A DNA stretch of 63,281 nucleotides, filler included, from Candidatus Rokuibacteriota bacterium (GTDB taxonomy: Bacteria; JAUVQV01; DATDCY01), in NCBI GenBank assembly GCA_031406795.1. It is 10 parts of 10 records of this genome, joined end to end, with 100 filler letters (N's around TTAATTAATTAA, not from the genome) between each part and the next. Parts side by side here need not be neighbours in the genome. Positions count along the whole stretch, not along the records: positions 35,782 to 38,429 come from JANOHV010000038.1; positions 38,530 to 52,585 come from JANOHV010000069.1; 8 more parts are not named here. One strand, written 5' to 3'. Shown piece after piece: positions 35,782-44,501 of this stretch; within the stretch, counting starts at the first letter, position 1, and every line of letters begins with the position of its first letter. The notes beneath the pieces are model-generated. The model searched no databases, was not told the DNA's origin, and saw only the letters and a program-made list of their open reading frames with translations. The translations under genes and the position numbers were made by a program.

Positions 35782-36072
35782 CCTGCTGCCCGAGCAGCAC
35801 GTGGAAGCTCTCGGCGATCACCCCGGCGGCCACGCGGCACAGATCCCCGAGCAGCCGCCGATCGTAGCGGAAGTACGCGCGCAGTATCTTGGGGATCGTC
35901 AGCACGATCTGGCTGTGTGCGACCGGCCACAGGACCGTTGAGTGCAGCCACTCGGCAAAGGCCACCGCGCGCTTGGTGTGGCATGAGGTGCAGAAGTAGC
36001 GCCGCTTGCACGAGTACGCCAGCAGATACTCGTGGCCGCAGTCCCGGCAGCGAACGCGAGCGAAACCCTGCG
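35782..36072 (-). mobile_element. IS91-like (Y2) transposase, zinc-binding domain fragment
   Basis: GFARVRCRDCGHEYLLAYSCKRRYFCTSCHTKR..HSQIVLTIPKILR. Confidence 0.85.
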
Positions 36073-36300
36073 TTGTCCTCGGCGTTGTTGACGGTGAACA
36101 GGACCTGCTCGGGAGTGAACCGGACATTCACGGTGTGGAGCACGGCGACGGTGTTGCCGGGCTTCACGCCGAGCCGCACGAGGGCGCCGGCGAGGCGGTG
36201 CGCCCGTTCGCGGAACTGCCGGTAGCTCAGGCGCACCCGATCCTTGTAGACGATCTGCTGCTCCGGGGCGTCAACGAGCGGCGCCTCGAAGAGCTGTTTG
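36073..36300 (-). pseudogene. N-terminal fragment of an acyl-CoA ligase, internally deleted and joined to the transposase fragment
   Basis: QQIVYKD..LSYRQFRERAHRLAGAL..GVKPGNTVAV|LHTVNVRFTPEQVLFTVNNAED. Confidence 0.75.
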
Positions 36301-36432
36301 CGGGTGCCAGGGAAACGTTTGTTGATGTTGACCAAACGTGAGGGGAATGGCGCCATGCCGCCGACTGTTGCTTTTCCGTTGTCGGCACTCAGGAAGCCGT
36401 TTTTCGGTGAAATAAGATCAAGCTTTCAACGG

Positions 36433-36460
36433 TTGCAAAATGCTCTCCGAGGTATATATT
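36433..36460 (+). promoter_or_regulatory. Putative sigma70-type promoter upstream of mtaB
   Basis: TTGCAA(36433-38)-16 nt-TATATT(36455-60). Confidence 0.4.
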
Positions 36461-36705
36461 AAAAACGCAATACGTGATCCCTTGGGCACCTGGTCAGAAG
36501 CCGCGCGGGGGGTAGTGCCTCGAAGTCGCCAAGCCACGGGGAGGAGTCCCTTCGTCTGGAGAACGCCCACAAGGGATCTGTGTGGGGTCCGCGCGGATCG
36601 GATTGCGTTCGGAATTTGTCGGAGCGCAAGGAAGGGAGGAAAGGCATGTAAAGAGGTGTACGCGGGATTGACTGGTGGGATAACTTCACTCAAGGAGACA
36701 ATACG

Positions 36706-38082
36706 ATGTCGAAAAAATTCGCGAAGATGGCGTATGCCAACGCAGACGAGATGATTTTCGGCACTGCCAAGTTTCCCGTCAAGTACGGCCGGGATTTCGA
36801 GGTCGGCGGCGGGTACGTTTACCCTGAGCTCGTTCCCCACCCGAGACCCGGCTCGGAGGAGACGAAGCGCAAGCTGCTCAGAGAGTACGAGCGTATGGTG
36901 AAGGACGTCCTCGACCGGTGCGTCCAACTCGGCATACCCGGTATTCAGGTCGAGCTGGAACACATCTGGCAGATGACCAAGAATCCGGACTGGGGAGGCG
37001 AGATCGCCGGGCAGACGAAGCACCTGATGGAGGACTACTACCGCAAATACGGTCTCAAGAGCGCCATCAGGGCCACGATCGCCGACAACCGCAAGCCCGA
37101 GGAAGAGAACATCAGGGACTGCACCGCCCTCGAGCTGGCTTTCAAGACTTTTGAGACCAGCGCCCGGGAAGGGGCCGACAACCTCTCGATCGAGAGCGTC
37201 GGCGGAAAAGAGATCACCGACTACGCCATCGTGCGCGGCGACATCCGCGGCGTGCTTTTCGGCATCGGCGTGCTCGGAAGCCGGGACATGGAATTCTGCT
37301 GGAAGCGCATCGTCGAGATCGCCAACAAATACAAGGTCACGGCCGGGGGCGACACGGACTGCGCCCAGGCGAACGTCGCCATGTTCATGGCCGGGGGCTA
37401 CCAGGACCGGTCGGTGCCTCACACGTTTGCCGCCCTCACGAGGGCCATCGCGGCGGGCCGTTCCCTGGTGGCGTACGAACAGGGTGCGAAGGGACCGTCG
37501 AAGGACTGCGCCTATGAAGACCCGATCATCAAGGCCATCACGGGCATTCCGATCGCGATGGAGGGCAAGACGAGCGCCTGCGCGCACAGCGATCTTCTCG
37601 GAAATCTCGTCATGGCCTGCTGCGACCTCTGGAGCAACGAGGCCGTGGAGTACCACGACATGTTCGGCGGGACAACCGTCGCGGTTTTCACCGAGATCCT
37701 GGGTTACGACTGCGCCATGATGAACGCGGCCATCGAGCTGGGAACGGCGAAGGCCCTCCAGGAGATGCTGGTGACTTCGGACAAGTACCGCGACACCCAC
37801 GGCTTCATCCTGGCTCCCGACAATGCCTGGGAGATCGGGAATGCGATCGTGGCGAACGACACGAGCTACTATTCGCGCGCCAAGGCCGCCGGCCTGAAGT
37901 CGGGCGAGCTCATGCTCAAGGACGCGAAGCTGAAGATGTCGGCCCACGAGCGCCAGGTTCTCAAGGACGCGGTGGCGGTCCTGGAAGCGCTCCCCGCGAA
38001 GGAAGGAGATTTCATCGACCAGTGCATCGGCGACTACAAGAAGCTGATCCCCGGTTTCAACCCGAAGAATTACGGACTCTAG
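36706..38082 (+). CDS. mtaB: Methanol:corrinoid methyltransferase
   Basis: 458 aa; MAYANADEMIFG, LSIESVGGKE, GGDTDC, GPSKDCAYE, EGKTSACAHSD..GNL..CDLWSNE; RBS AAGGAG. Confidence 0.92.
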   Translation: MSKKFAKMAYANADEMIFGTAKFPVKYGRDFEVGGGYVYPELVPHPRPGSEETKRKLLREYERMVKDVLDRCVQLGIPGIQVELEHIWQMTKNPDWGGEIAGQTKHLMEDYYRKYGLKSAIRATIADNRKPEEENIRDCTALELAFKTFETSAREGADNLSIESVGGKEITDYAIVRGDIRGVLFGIGVLGSRDMEFCWKRIVEIANKYKVTAGGDTDCAQANVAMFMAGGYQDRSVPHTFAALTRAIAAGRSLVAYEQGAKGPSKDCAYEDPIIKAITGIPIAMEGKTSACAHSDLLGNLVMACCDLWSNEAVEYHDMFGGTTVAVFTEILGYDCAMMNAAIELGTAKALQEMLVTSDKYRDTHGFILAPDNAWEIGNAIVANDTSYYSRAKAAGLKSGELMLKDAKLKMSAHERQVLKDAVAVLEALPAKEGDFIDQCIGDYKKLIPGFNPKNYGL

Positions 38083-38109
38083 GCGGTTTCGCAGAGGGGG
38101 TTGAGAGTG

Positions 38110-38429
38110 ATGTCTGTTCAGGCGATGTCAGGAAAAGAGCTCTTCCTCACCGCGCTCAAGGGAGGAAAGGTGCCCCGCCCCGCCGTGTTCTCGGCCGACC
38201 AAACGGGCACGTATGAATTGATGGAAAAGGTATCCGCCTACTGGCCCGAGGCGATCTGCAACGCCAAGGACATGGCCAAGCTGGCAGGGGCCGCTTCCAC
38301 CATTCTCGGGTTTGACGCGGTGAGAGTCCCCTTCTGCCAGACGATCGAGGCCGAAATCCTCGGCTCCATCCTGAGAGAGGGAGGACGCGAGAACGTCCCG
38401 AGTATCAAGAAGCACCGCTACGAGTTCGG
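38110..38429 (+). CDS. mtaA: MtaA/CmuA-family methylcobamide methyltransferase (URO-D fold), 3'-partial
   Basis: QTGTYELM..AYWPEA..MAKLA..GFDAVRVPFCQTIEAEILG; directly follows mtaB. Confidence 0.8.
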
Positions 38430-38709
38430 NNNNNNNNNNNNNNNNNNNNNNNNNNNNNNNNNNNNNNNNNNNNTTAATTAATTAANNNNNNNNNNNNNNN
38501 NNNNNNNNNNNNNNNNNNNNNNNNNNNNNCGTCGAATGATATCAATCGGTGACTCGTGCCGTTGTCGCTCGATCTGTACAAAACGTTGCCTGCCCACCTC
38601 TCAGATTTATAAGATCATCGGACCAGTTTAGGGGATAATCACAAGACGGGCGCAAGCGCGCAAGGCGGCTATGCGCTACGTTCGCTGAGATGAAGCTGAG
38701 GGGAAAGCA

Positions 38710-39240
38710 ATGACCGGAAAAGAATTCCTGAATTCCTTGGCAAAGGGGAAGACGGACATCGTCCAACAACTTCTCGGCATTCTCACTGAAACAGGTTCAG
38801 ACTATTGCCTGATTGGTGGGCTTGCCGTCAACGCATATGTCGAGCCAGTTGTGAGCCTTGACGTCGATATCGTGGTCGCAGTTGGCAACATCGTGGCAGT
38901 GGCCAATGCCGCCAGAACCAATAAAATGAAAGTCGAGGAGTTCCCCCACAGCGTCAACCTCACCGGTTCAGAGTCAGACCTTAGGATTCAGCTTCAAACC
39001 GATCCTCGATACCAGAGCTTCATCGCGAGTGCCAGCGTTAAGGAAATCCTCGGTTACAAGATGAGGGTAGCGTCCTTAGAAAATGTCTTGCAGGGTAAAG
39101 TGTGGGCCTTCATGGATGAGTCAAGGCGGAGAAGCAAGAGGCAAAAAGACCTGGCAGATATTTCAAGAATTATCGAGACATTTCCAGAACTAACAACGAG
39201 TCTTCCACATAAGGTACGAGATCAGTTGCAGGATGAATGA
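38710..39240 (+). CDS. Nucleotidyltransferase-fold protein (DUF6036/AbiEii-like), low GC
   Basis: YCLIGGLAVNAY..SLDVDIVV..RRRSKRQKDLADISR. Confidence 0.8.
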   Translation: MTGKEFLNSLAKGKTDIVQQLLGILTETGSDYCLIGGLAVNAYVEPVVSLDVDIVVAVGNIVAVANAARTNKMKVEEFPHSVNLTGSESDLRIQLQTDPRYQSFIASASVKEILGYKMRVASLENVLQGKVWAFMDESRRRSKRQKDLADISRIIETFPELTTSLPHKVRDQLQDE

Positions 39241-39331
39241 GTAGCGAATTGCCTACGGCACGGTCACGGGAGGCACAAGATGAGAAGGGGATTGCGGTGG
39301 CCGAGAATGGCGCGCCGGCGAAGAAGACCAG

Positions 39332-39499
39332 GTGACCTTCTTCCGCGGCACGTCGCTGCGACCGGTCCCGCTCGGGGGCACGGTGCGCAGCAAGGACGCG
39401 CGCTGGATCGACATCCGCGAAGGCGACCAGCTCGACGAGGCGCAGATGGCGAACTGGGTGAAGCAGGTTCCGGCCGCGTTGCCCGGATGGGTCCCGTAG
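39332..39499 (+). pseudogene. C-terminal fragment of a DUF1801-like protein
   Basis: Manual translation VTFFRGTSLRPVPLGG..KDARWIDIREGDQLDEAQMANWVKQ..LPGWVP*. Confidence 0.55.
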
Positions 39500-39712
39500 C
39501 CGTGATTGTCCTGGCATCGAGCCAGGGGCGGGGCGATGCGCTGACAGGCGATTGGTCGAAGGCAGCCTTATCCCTGTTGCATGCGAAGCATCCAGCGAGT
39601 GTGTGGACGAAGAAGACGCCATATTGGTATCGTTGACGCGCGGACCATGCTGGCGAGTCAAACGTTGGGCACGAACAACCGAAGGAATATTGGCTTGTGC
39701 TAGAATCTCATT

Positions 39713-39869
39713 ATGGATCGGCATCGTAAGCTCCTCGAGCATAATCTTCACGCGGGCGGGGGTCGAAGAAATCATCAACCTACAACCGCTTCATGGCAAG
39801 GCCAAGGGCTACCAGCTCAGGCAGGTCAGAGGTGTCTTTCTGAGGTACGTGATCCATGCGGGGGAATAG
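39713..39869 (+). pseudogene. HicA-like toxin, internally deleted and frameshifted
   Basis: MDRHRKLLE in one frame joins IFTRAGVEEIINLQP..KAKGYQLRQVR in another; the central GSH region is missing. Confidence 0.7.
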
Positions 39870-39872
39870 ACA

Positions 39873-40085
39873 ATGAGCACCAAGTACGAAATCGTCATCT
39901 ACTGGAGTGACGAGGATAAGACCTTCATCGCCGAGGTGCCCGAATTGCCCGGTTGCATGGCAGACGGGCAGTCCTATCAGGAAGCCCTTGCAAATGCCGA
40001 AGTCATCATTCAAGAATGGGTTGAAACAGCCAAGGGACTGGGCAGGGCCATTCCGCAACCTCGGGGCAAGTTGATGTACGCGTGA
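39873..40085 (+). CDS. hicB: HicB-family antitoxin
   Basis: YEIVIYWSDED..FIAEVPELPGCMADG..EALAN..GRAIPQP. Confidence 0.9.
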   Translation: MSTKYEIVIYWSDEDKTFIAEVPELPGCMADGQSYQEALANAEVIIQEWVETAKGLGRAIPQPRGKLMYA

Positions 40086-40331
40086 GATGCACCAAGACTG
40101 CCCAACACTTATAAGGTGTTGTAGCCGACCTGTATTGGCCGCCACGATGTCATTCGGAACAATTGCCTCGTTAGCTTGTGCTAAGGATCATGAACAAATC
40201 AAGGAGCAGCCGACAGATCCAAAGCAAATCGACAAGGCCGAGAGCGATGTGATCTTCGATACCCGACCTCCCCGTCACATTCCATGCTCGCTGCGTTGCG
40301 TCTGGCCGGCTGACGGCGAAGTGGCGGCCGG

Positions 40332-41603
40332 ATGAACCTGCGCTACGGCCTCGACGACAGGCCCCCGGCTGGCCGCATGGTGCTGTACGGGCTGCAATGG
40401 CTGGCGTTGTCGCTGCCGTTCGTCGTGATCGTCGGAACGGTCGCCGCGAGCCACCACTTCGACGACCCCGGGCTGCGGACGCTCTACCTGCAGAAGGCAG
40501 CGTTCGCCGCCGGCCTGATGATGCTGGCCCAGGCTCTGTTCGGTCACCGGCTGCCGCTGGTCGCCGGCCCATCGTCCGCCCTGTTGCTGGGCATCGTGGG
40601 CAGCCGCGCGAGCATCGACGAGCTCTCCACGGCCGCGGCGCTCTGCGGGCTGATGCTGGCCGCCGTGTCGGCCGCCGGTCTCTTCGGGGCGCTGCGGGGG
40701 CTCTTCACCCCGCGGGTGACCGCGGCCGTGGTGTTGCTCATCGCTTTCACGCTGACGCCGACGATCGTCCGGCTTCTGCTCGCGGGACCGGGGGGGACGC
40801 CGGCGGGGCGGCTTTCCTTCGCGGCCCTGTTCGTGCCGGCGTTGTTTATCGCGCATCGGTTTCTGCCGGCGGCGGGGCGATCGCTGCTGATCGTCGCCGG
40901 CATGGCGGCTGGCGGGGCGTTGTACACCGGCATCTTCGGCATCGAGGTGATCGCGGGGAAACCGGCGCTGGCGGCGACGCTCTTCGCCGGCATCACGTCG
41001 CCGGCATTCGACGCCGGGGCGATCGTCTCGGCGCTGTTCTGCTACCTCGCGCTCGCGCTGAACGAGGTGGGTTCGATGCAGGCGGTCGTCCCGCTGCTGC
41101 AGCCGGGGGGAATGGGCGGGCGCATCCGCCGGGGGATGACGGTGACGGGCCTCGCCAACGCCGCCGCCGGGGTGTTGGGGACGATCGGCCCCGTCGACTT
41201 CTCCCTCAGCCCGGGCGTCATCGCCGCTACCGAGTGCGGTTCGCGTTTTCCGCTGATCCCGGCCGCCGGCCTCCTGCTGCTGGTCTCGTTCTCTCCCGCC
41301 CTCCTCGGCATCGCGGGGGCGATCCCGCTGACGGTCGTGGGGGCGATCCTCGTCTACTCGCTCTCCGGGCAGGTCGCCGCCGGGCTTGGCGCAGCGTTCG
41401 CCGGCGGCACGTTCACGTTCGAGGACGGTCTGGTCATCGGGCTGCCGCTGATGGCGGGGACGGTGACCGCGCTGCTCCCGGCGTCGGCGCTGGCTGATTT
41501 TCCCGCCGTCGCCCGCACGGTCGCCGGCAACGGGTTCGTGGTCGGCGTCGTGGCGGTGCTGCTGCTCGATCGGCTCTTCCGGCGCCCGGTGCACAAGGCG
41601 TGA
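40332..41603 (+). CDS. NCS2 (xanthine/uracil permease) family transporter
   Basis: YGLDDRPP..YGLQW, GHRLPLVAGPS, FTPRV, about 12 TM helices. Confidence 0.88.
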   Translation: MNLRYGLDDRPPAGRMVLYGLQWLALSLPFVVIVGTVAASHHFDDPGLRTLYLQKAAFAAGLMMLAQALFGHRLPLVAGPSSALLLGIVGSRASIDELSTAAALCGLMLAAVSAAGLFGALRGLFTPRVTAAVVLLIAFTLTPTIVRLLLAGPGGTPAGRLSFAALFVPALFIAHRFLPAAGRSLLIVAGMAAGGALYTGIFGIEVIAGKPALAATLFAGITSPAFDAGAIVSALFCYLALALNEVGSMQAVVPLLQPGGMGGRIRRGMTVTGLANAAAGVLGTIGPVDFSLSPGVIAATECGSRFPLIPAAGLLLLVSFSPALLGIAGAIPLTVVGAILVYSLSGQVAAGLGAAFAGGTFTFEDGLVIGLPLMAGTVTALLPASALADFPAVARTVAGNGFVVGVVAVLLLDRLFRRPVHKA

Positions 41604-41762
41604 ACCGGAGCAGCGAAAAAGCTGCTGCCGCGGTCTGCTGCATATCTGCCGTTTGAGCCTGAGATCGATGCAATGTAGAATATAGCCATATGGGCGTGCC
41701 CCGGCAGCCAAAGCTGAGATATCCGTAATCCGTTGAGCAATTGCTCGACCAAGGAGGGGAAC

Positions 41763-42269
41763 GTGTCTCTTGACTGGATCCACGCACGACGGAGCATCCG
41801 GAAGTACACCGCCGAACCGGTGAGCGAAACCGACGTCACGGAGATCCTCGAGGCCGCGATGGTCGCGCCGTCGGCCGGGAACCAGCAGCCCTGGCACTTC
41901 GTGGTCAACCGCGACCGCAGCCTGCTCGATGCCATCCCCGGGTTTCACCCGAACTCGCGCATGGTGCTGGAGGCGTCCGTCGGCATCCTGGTCTGCTGCG
42001 ATTCGTCACTCGAGAAGCACGCCGGGTACTGGGTCCAGGACTGCGCCGCCGCCACCGAGAACCTGTTGCTCGCCGTCGTCGCCAAGGGGTTGGGCGCGGT
42101 CTGGTGCGGGGTCTATCCGCGGCCGGACCGGGTCGAGGGTTTCACCCGGCTGCTGGGTTTGCCGGCTCACGTGACTCCGTTCGCCTTCGTGCCGATCGGC
42201 CACCCGGCGGAGAGCAAGCCTCCCGCCCGGCGGTACGCGCCCGAGCGCGTGCATCGCGACCGCTGGTAG
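41763..42269 (+). CDS. Nitroreductase-family protein
   Basis: RRSIRKY, APSAGNQQPWHF, QDCAAATENLLLA..GLGAVW. Confidence 0.92.
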   Translation: MSLDWIHARRSIRKYTAEPVSETDVTEILEAAMVAPSAGNQQPWHFVVNRDRSLLDAIPGFHPNSRMVLEASVGILVCCDSSLEKHAGYWVQDCAAATENLLLAVVAKGLGAVWCGVYPRPDRVEGFTRLLGLPAHVTPFAFVPIGHPAESKPPARRYAPERVHRDRW

Positions 42270-42321
42270 CAACGGACATGAGGCATCATCGTGCCGGGGC
42301 CTTCGCGCCGAAGTAGGCGGC

Positions 42322-42681
42322 ATGCGGGATCCTCGGGAGACGGTCAAGGTCTACTCGACCGGGCAGGGGAGCATCTGCCCGGGGTGCGCCCGGCCCGTCG
42401 CGGGTTGCATCTGCCGGGCGGACAAGGCTGCACCGCGCGGCGACGGCATCGTGCGGGTCGCCCGCGAGACCAAGGGCCGGAAGGGGAAGGGGGTCACGCT
42501 CGTCACGGGTGTCCCCCTCGACGACGACGCCCTGGCCGAACTGGCCAGGCAACTCAAGCAACGCTGCGGCACCGGCGGCACGGTCAAGGACGGCGTCATC
42601 GAGATCCAGGGCGATCACCGCGACCGGCTGGCGGAGGAATTGCGGAGCCAGGGCTACCGGGTCAAGCGGGCGGGGGCGTGA
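42322..42681 (+). CDS. yciH: SUI1/YciH translation-initiation-related protein
   Basis: RETKGRKGKGVT..LKQRCGTGGTVKDGVIEIQGDHR. Confidence 0.93.
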   Translation: MRDPRETVKVYSTGQGSICPGCARPVAGCICRADKAAPRGDGIVRVARETKGRKGKGVTLVTGVPLDDDALAELARQLKQRCGTGGTVKDGVIEIQGDHRDRLAEELRSQGYRVKRAGA

Positions 42682-42709
42682 GCGGGAACTGCGGCAGCGA
42701 CGGCTCCTG

Positions 42710-43576
42710 TTAGGCGCCGAGGCCGTCGAGTCCGATCTGCCCGACCTTCCTTCCCGCCAGCCGGCAGGCCGCCGCCAGCGACTCGCGCAGCGGGCGTCCC
42801 GCGGCGAGCGCCCCGATCATGCCGGCGTTGAAGGTGTCCCCGGCGCCGAGCGTGTCGATGACCGCGGACGGCGCGACGGCCGCGGCGTGATGCAGCGTGC
42901 CGTCGGCCTCGATGGCCCAGGCGCCCTCGCTCCCCCAGGCCGCCGAAAGCAGCGTCTGCGGGACGCGGCCGCGCAGCTCCCGCAGGAATTGCTCGGGCCG
43001 CGGGAAACCCGAGGCCTCGATGAAGCCGCGCGAGAAGAGCACGAGCCGCACCAGCGGGAAGCAGTCCTCGATCCCCGGGCGGACCTTCTCGGCTTCGATC
43101 GACAGCAGCAGGTCGGGCCGGAAGAGGTGGGCGTGGCGCACCATGCGCGCGGTTTCGGGGCCGGGCCGCGCCTCGAAGTGCGTCCAGCGCCAGCGCGCGA
43201 GGTCGAGCCGTGCGAAATCGTCGAGTCCGTATTCGGGGGTGTCGCGGTGGTGAACGATGGTGCGGTGGCCGCCCGGCTGCGAGAGCAGGATCGCCGAGAG
43301 CGGGGGCATCCCGGCGACGCGCCGGCAGGGCGCCAGGTCGACGCCGGCCCGGCGCAGGCCCTCCTCGAGCGGCGCGCCCGCGGGGTGATCGGCGAGGACG
43401 GCGGCCAGTGCGACTTCGTGGCCGAGTCCGCGCAGCACCCGGGCGGTGCTGGCGGCGTTGCCGCCGGCGGCGATGCGCAACGAAGCGGCGCGCAGTTCCT
43501 CGTCTTCGGCCGGATAGCGCGGCACGTCGAAGACGAGGTCGAGCACGGCGGAACCGACGCAGAGGATCCGGGCCAT
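42710..43576 (-). CDS. PfkB-family carbohydrate kinase (ketohexokinase-like)
   Basis: GGNAAS, HFEAR, AWGSEGA, DTLGAGDTFNAG. Confidence 0.9.
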   Translation of the reverse strand: MARILCVGSAVLDLVFDVPRYPAEDEELRAASLRIAAGGNAASTARVLRGLGHEVALAAVLADHPAGAPLEEGLRRAGVDLAPCRRVAGMPPLSAILLSQPGGHRTIVHHRDTPEYGLDDFARLDLARWRWTHFEARPGPETARMVRHAHLFRPDLLLSIEAEKVRPGIEDCFPLVRLVLFSRGFIEASGFPRPEQFLRELRGRVPQTLLSAAWGSEGAWAIEADGTLHHAAAVAPSAVIDTLGAGDTFNAGMIGALAAGRPLRESLAAACRLAGRKVGQIGLDGLGA

Positions 43577-43682
43577 CGCGGCTGCTCTCCCTCCCCGGGG
43601 GCTGAGGCACTCCCGGAGAGTATCGCACAGGATCGGGCGCTCCGTGGCCGCTCGAGCAGCCGGATGAGGTAGTATCCGGGGC

Positions 43683-44483
43683 ATGGCCGCGATCAGGAAC
43701 CCTCTGGATGTCTACGCCTCGCTGCCGAAAACGAACTGCGGGGAGTGCGCGGCGCGGACCTGCCTGGCCTTCGCTTCGGCGCTCGTTCGGGGCGAGAGCA
43801 GAGCCGGCGATTGTCCGCACCTCGCCGCGGCCGGCGCCGCCGCGATCGCCGCGCACCTCGAGGAGCGCAAGCCGGCCTACCATGAGCAGCAGGCCGAACT
43901 GCAGCGCCTGCGGGCCGGGGTGGCCGTGCTTGATCTCGCGTCAGCGGCGGAGCGTCTGGGCGCAACCATGGTGGGCGACAAGCTGGCCGTGAAGAGTCTC
44001 GGCCGGGACTTTCTGATCGACGCGGCGGGCAACATCGCTTCCGATTGCCACACCCACCCGGGGTTGGCCATCCCTCTGCTGCGCTACGTCGTCTCCAGCC
44101 GCGGCGGCCGGCCGGGCGGGATCTGGCTCCCGTTCAGGGACCTGAGCGGCGCAGCCGGGCGCGGCCTGCACTTCGAGCAGATGTGCGAGAAGCCCCTGAA
44201 GCGCCTGGTCGACACTCACACCGAGCTGTTGAAGGACCTCATCGACATCTTCAGCGGGGAGCGCTCGGTGAATCTGTTCGGCTCGGATCTGTCACTCGTG
44301 CTCTACCCGCTCCCGCGGATCCCGGTCCTGATCTGCTACTGGGAGTCGGAGGAGGGGATGGAGTCGTCGCTGCATATTCTTTTCGACGCCACGGCGACGA
44401 ACCACCTGAGTGTGGAGTGGATTCACAGCCTCTGCGCCGGGCTGGTCACGATGTTCGAGAAGATCGCGCTCAAGCACGCGTAG
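43683..44483 (+). CDS. DUF3786 protein with N-terminal [4Fe-4S] (FeS) domain
   Basis: LPKTNCGEC..TCLAFA..CP, W.PFRDL, LYPLPRIP..LFD. Confidence 0.8.
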   Translation: MAAIRNPLDVYASLPKTNCGECAARTCLAFASALVRGESRAGDCPHLAAAGAAAIAAHLEERKPAYHEQQAELQRLRAGVAVLDLASAAERLGATMVGDKLAVKSLGRDFLIDAAGNIASDCHTHPGLAIPLLRYVVSSRGGRPGGIWLPFRDLSGAAGRGLHFEQMCEKPLKRLVDTHTELLKDLIDIFSGERSVNLFGSDLSLVLYPLPRIPVLICYWESEEGMESSLHILFDATATNHLSVEWIHSLCAGLVTMFEKIALKHA

Positions 44484-44501
44484 GCTTCGCGGGCTGCCGT
44501 G

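Noticed and set aside
36480..36600. Cobalamin or c-di-GMP-I riboswitch before mtaB
   Set aside because: No B12-box or GGGAA..GCCACTG core. GTCGCCAAGCCACGGG resembles a GEMM junction, but the P1 GAAA loop and P2 3' strand are missing.
35682..38529. Linking mtaBA to priA or to the downstream NTase
   Set aside because: They are separated by artificial linkers and lie on different contigs.
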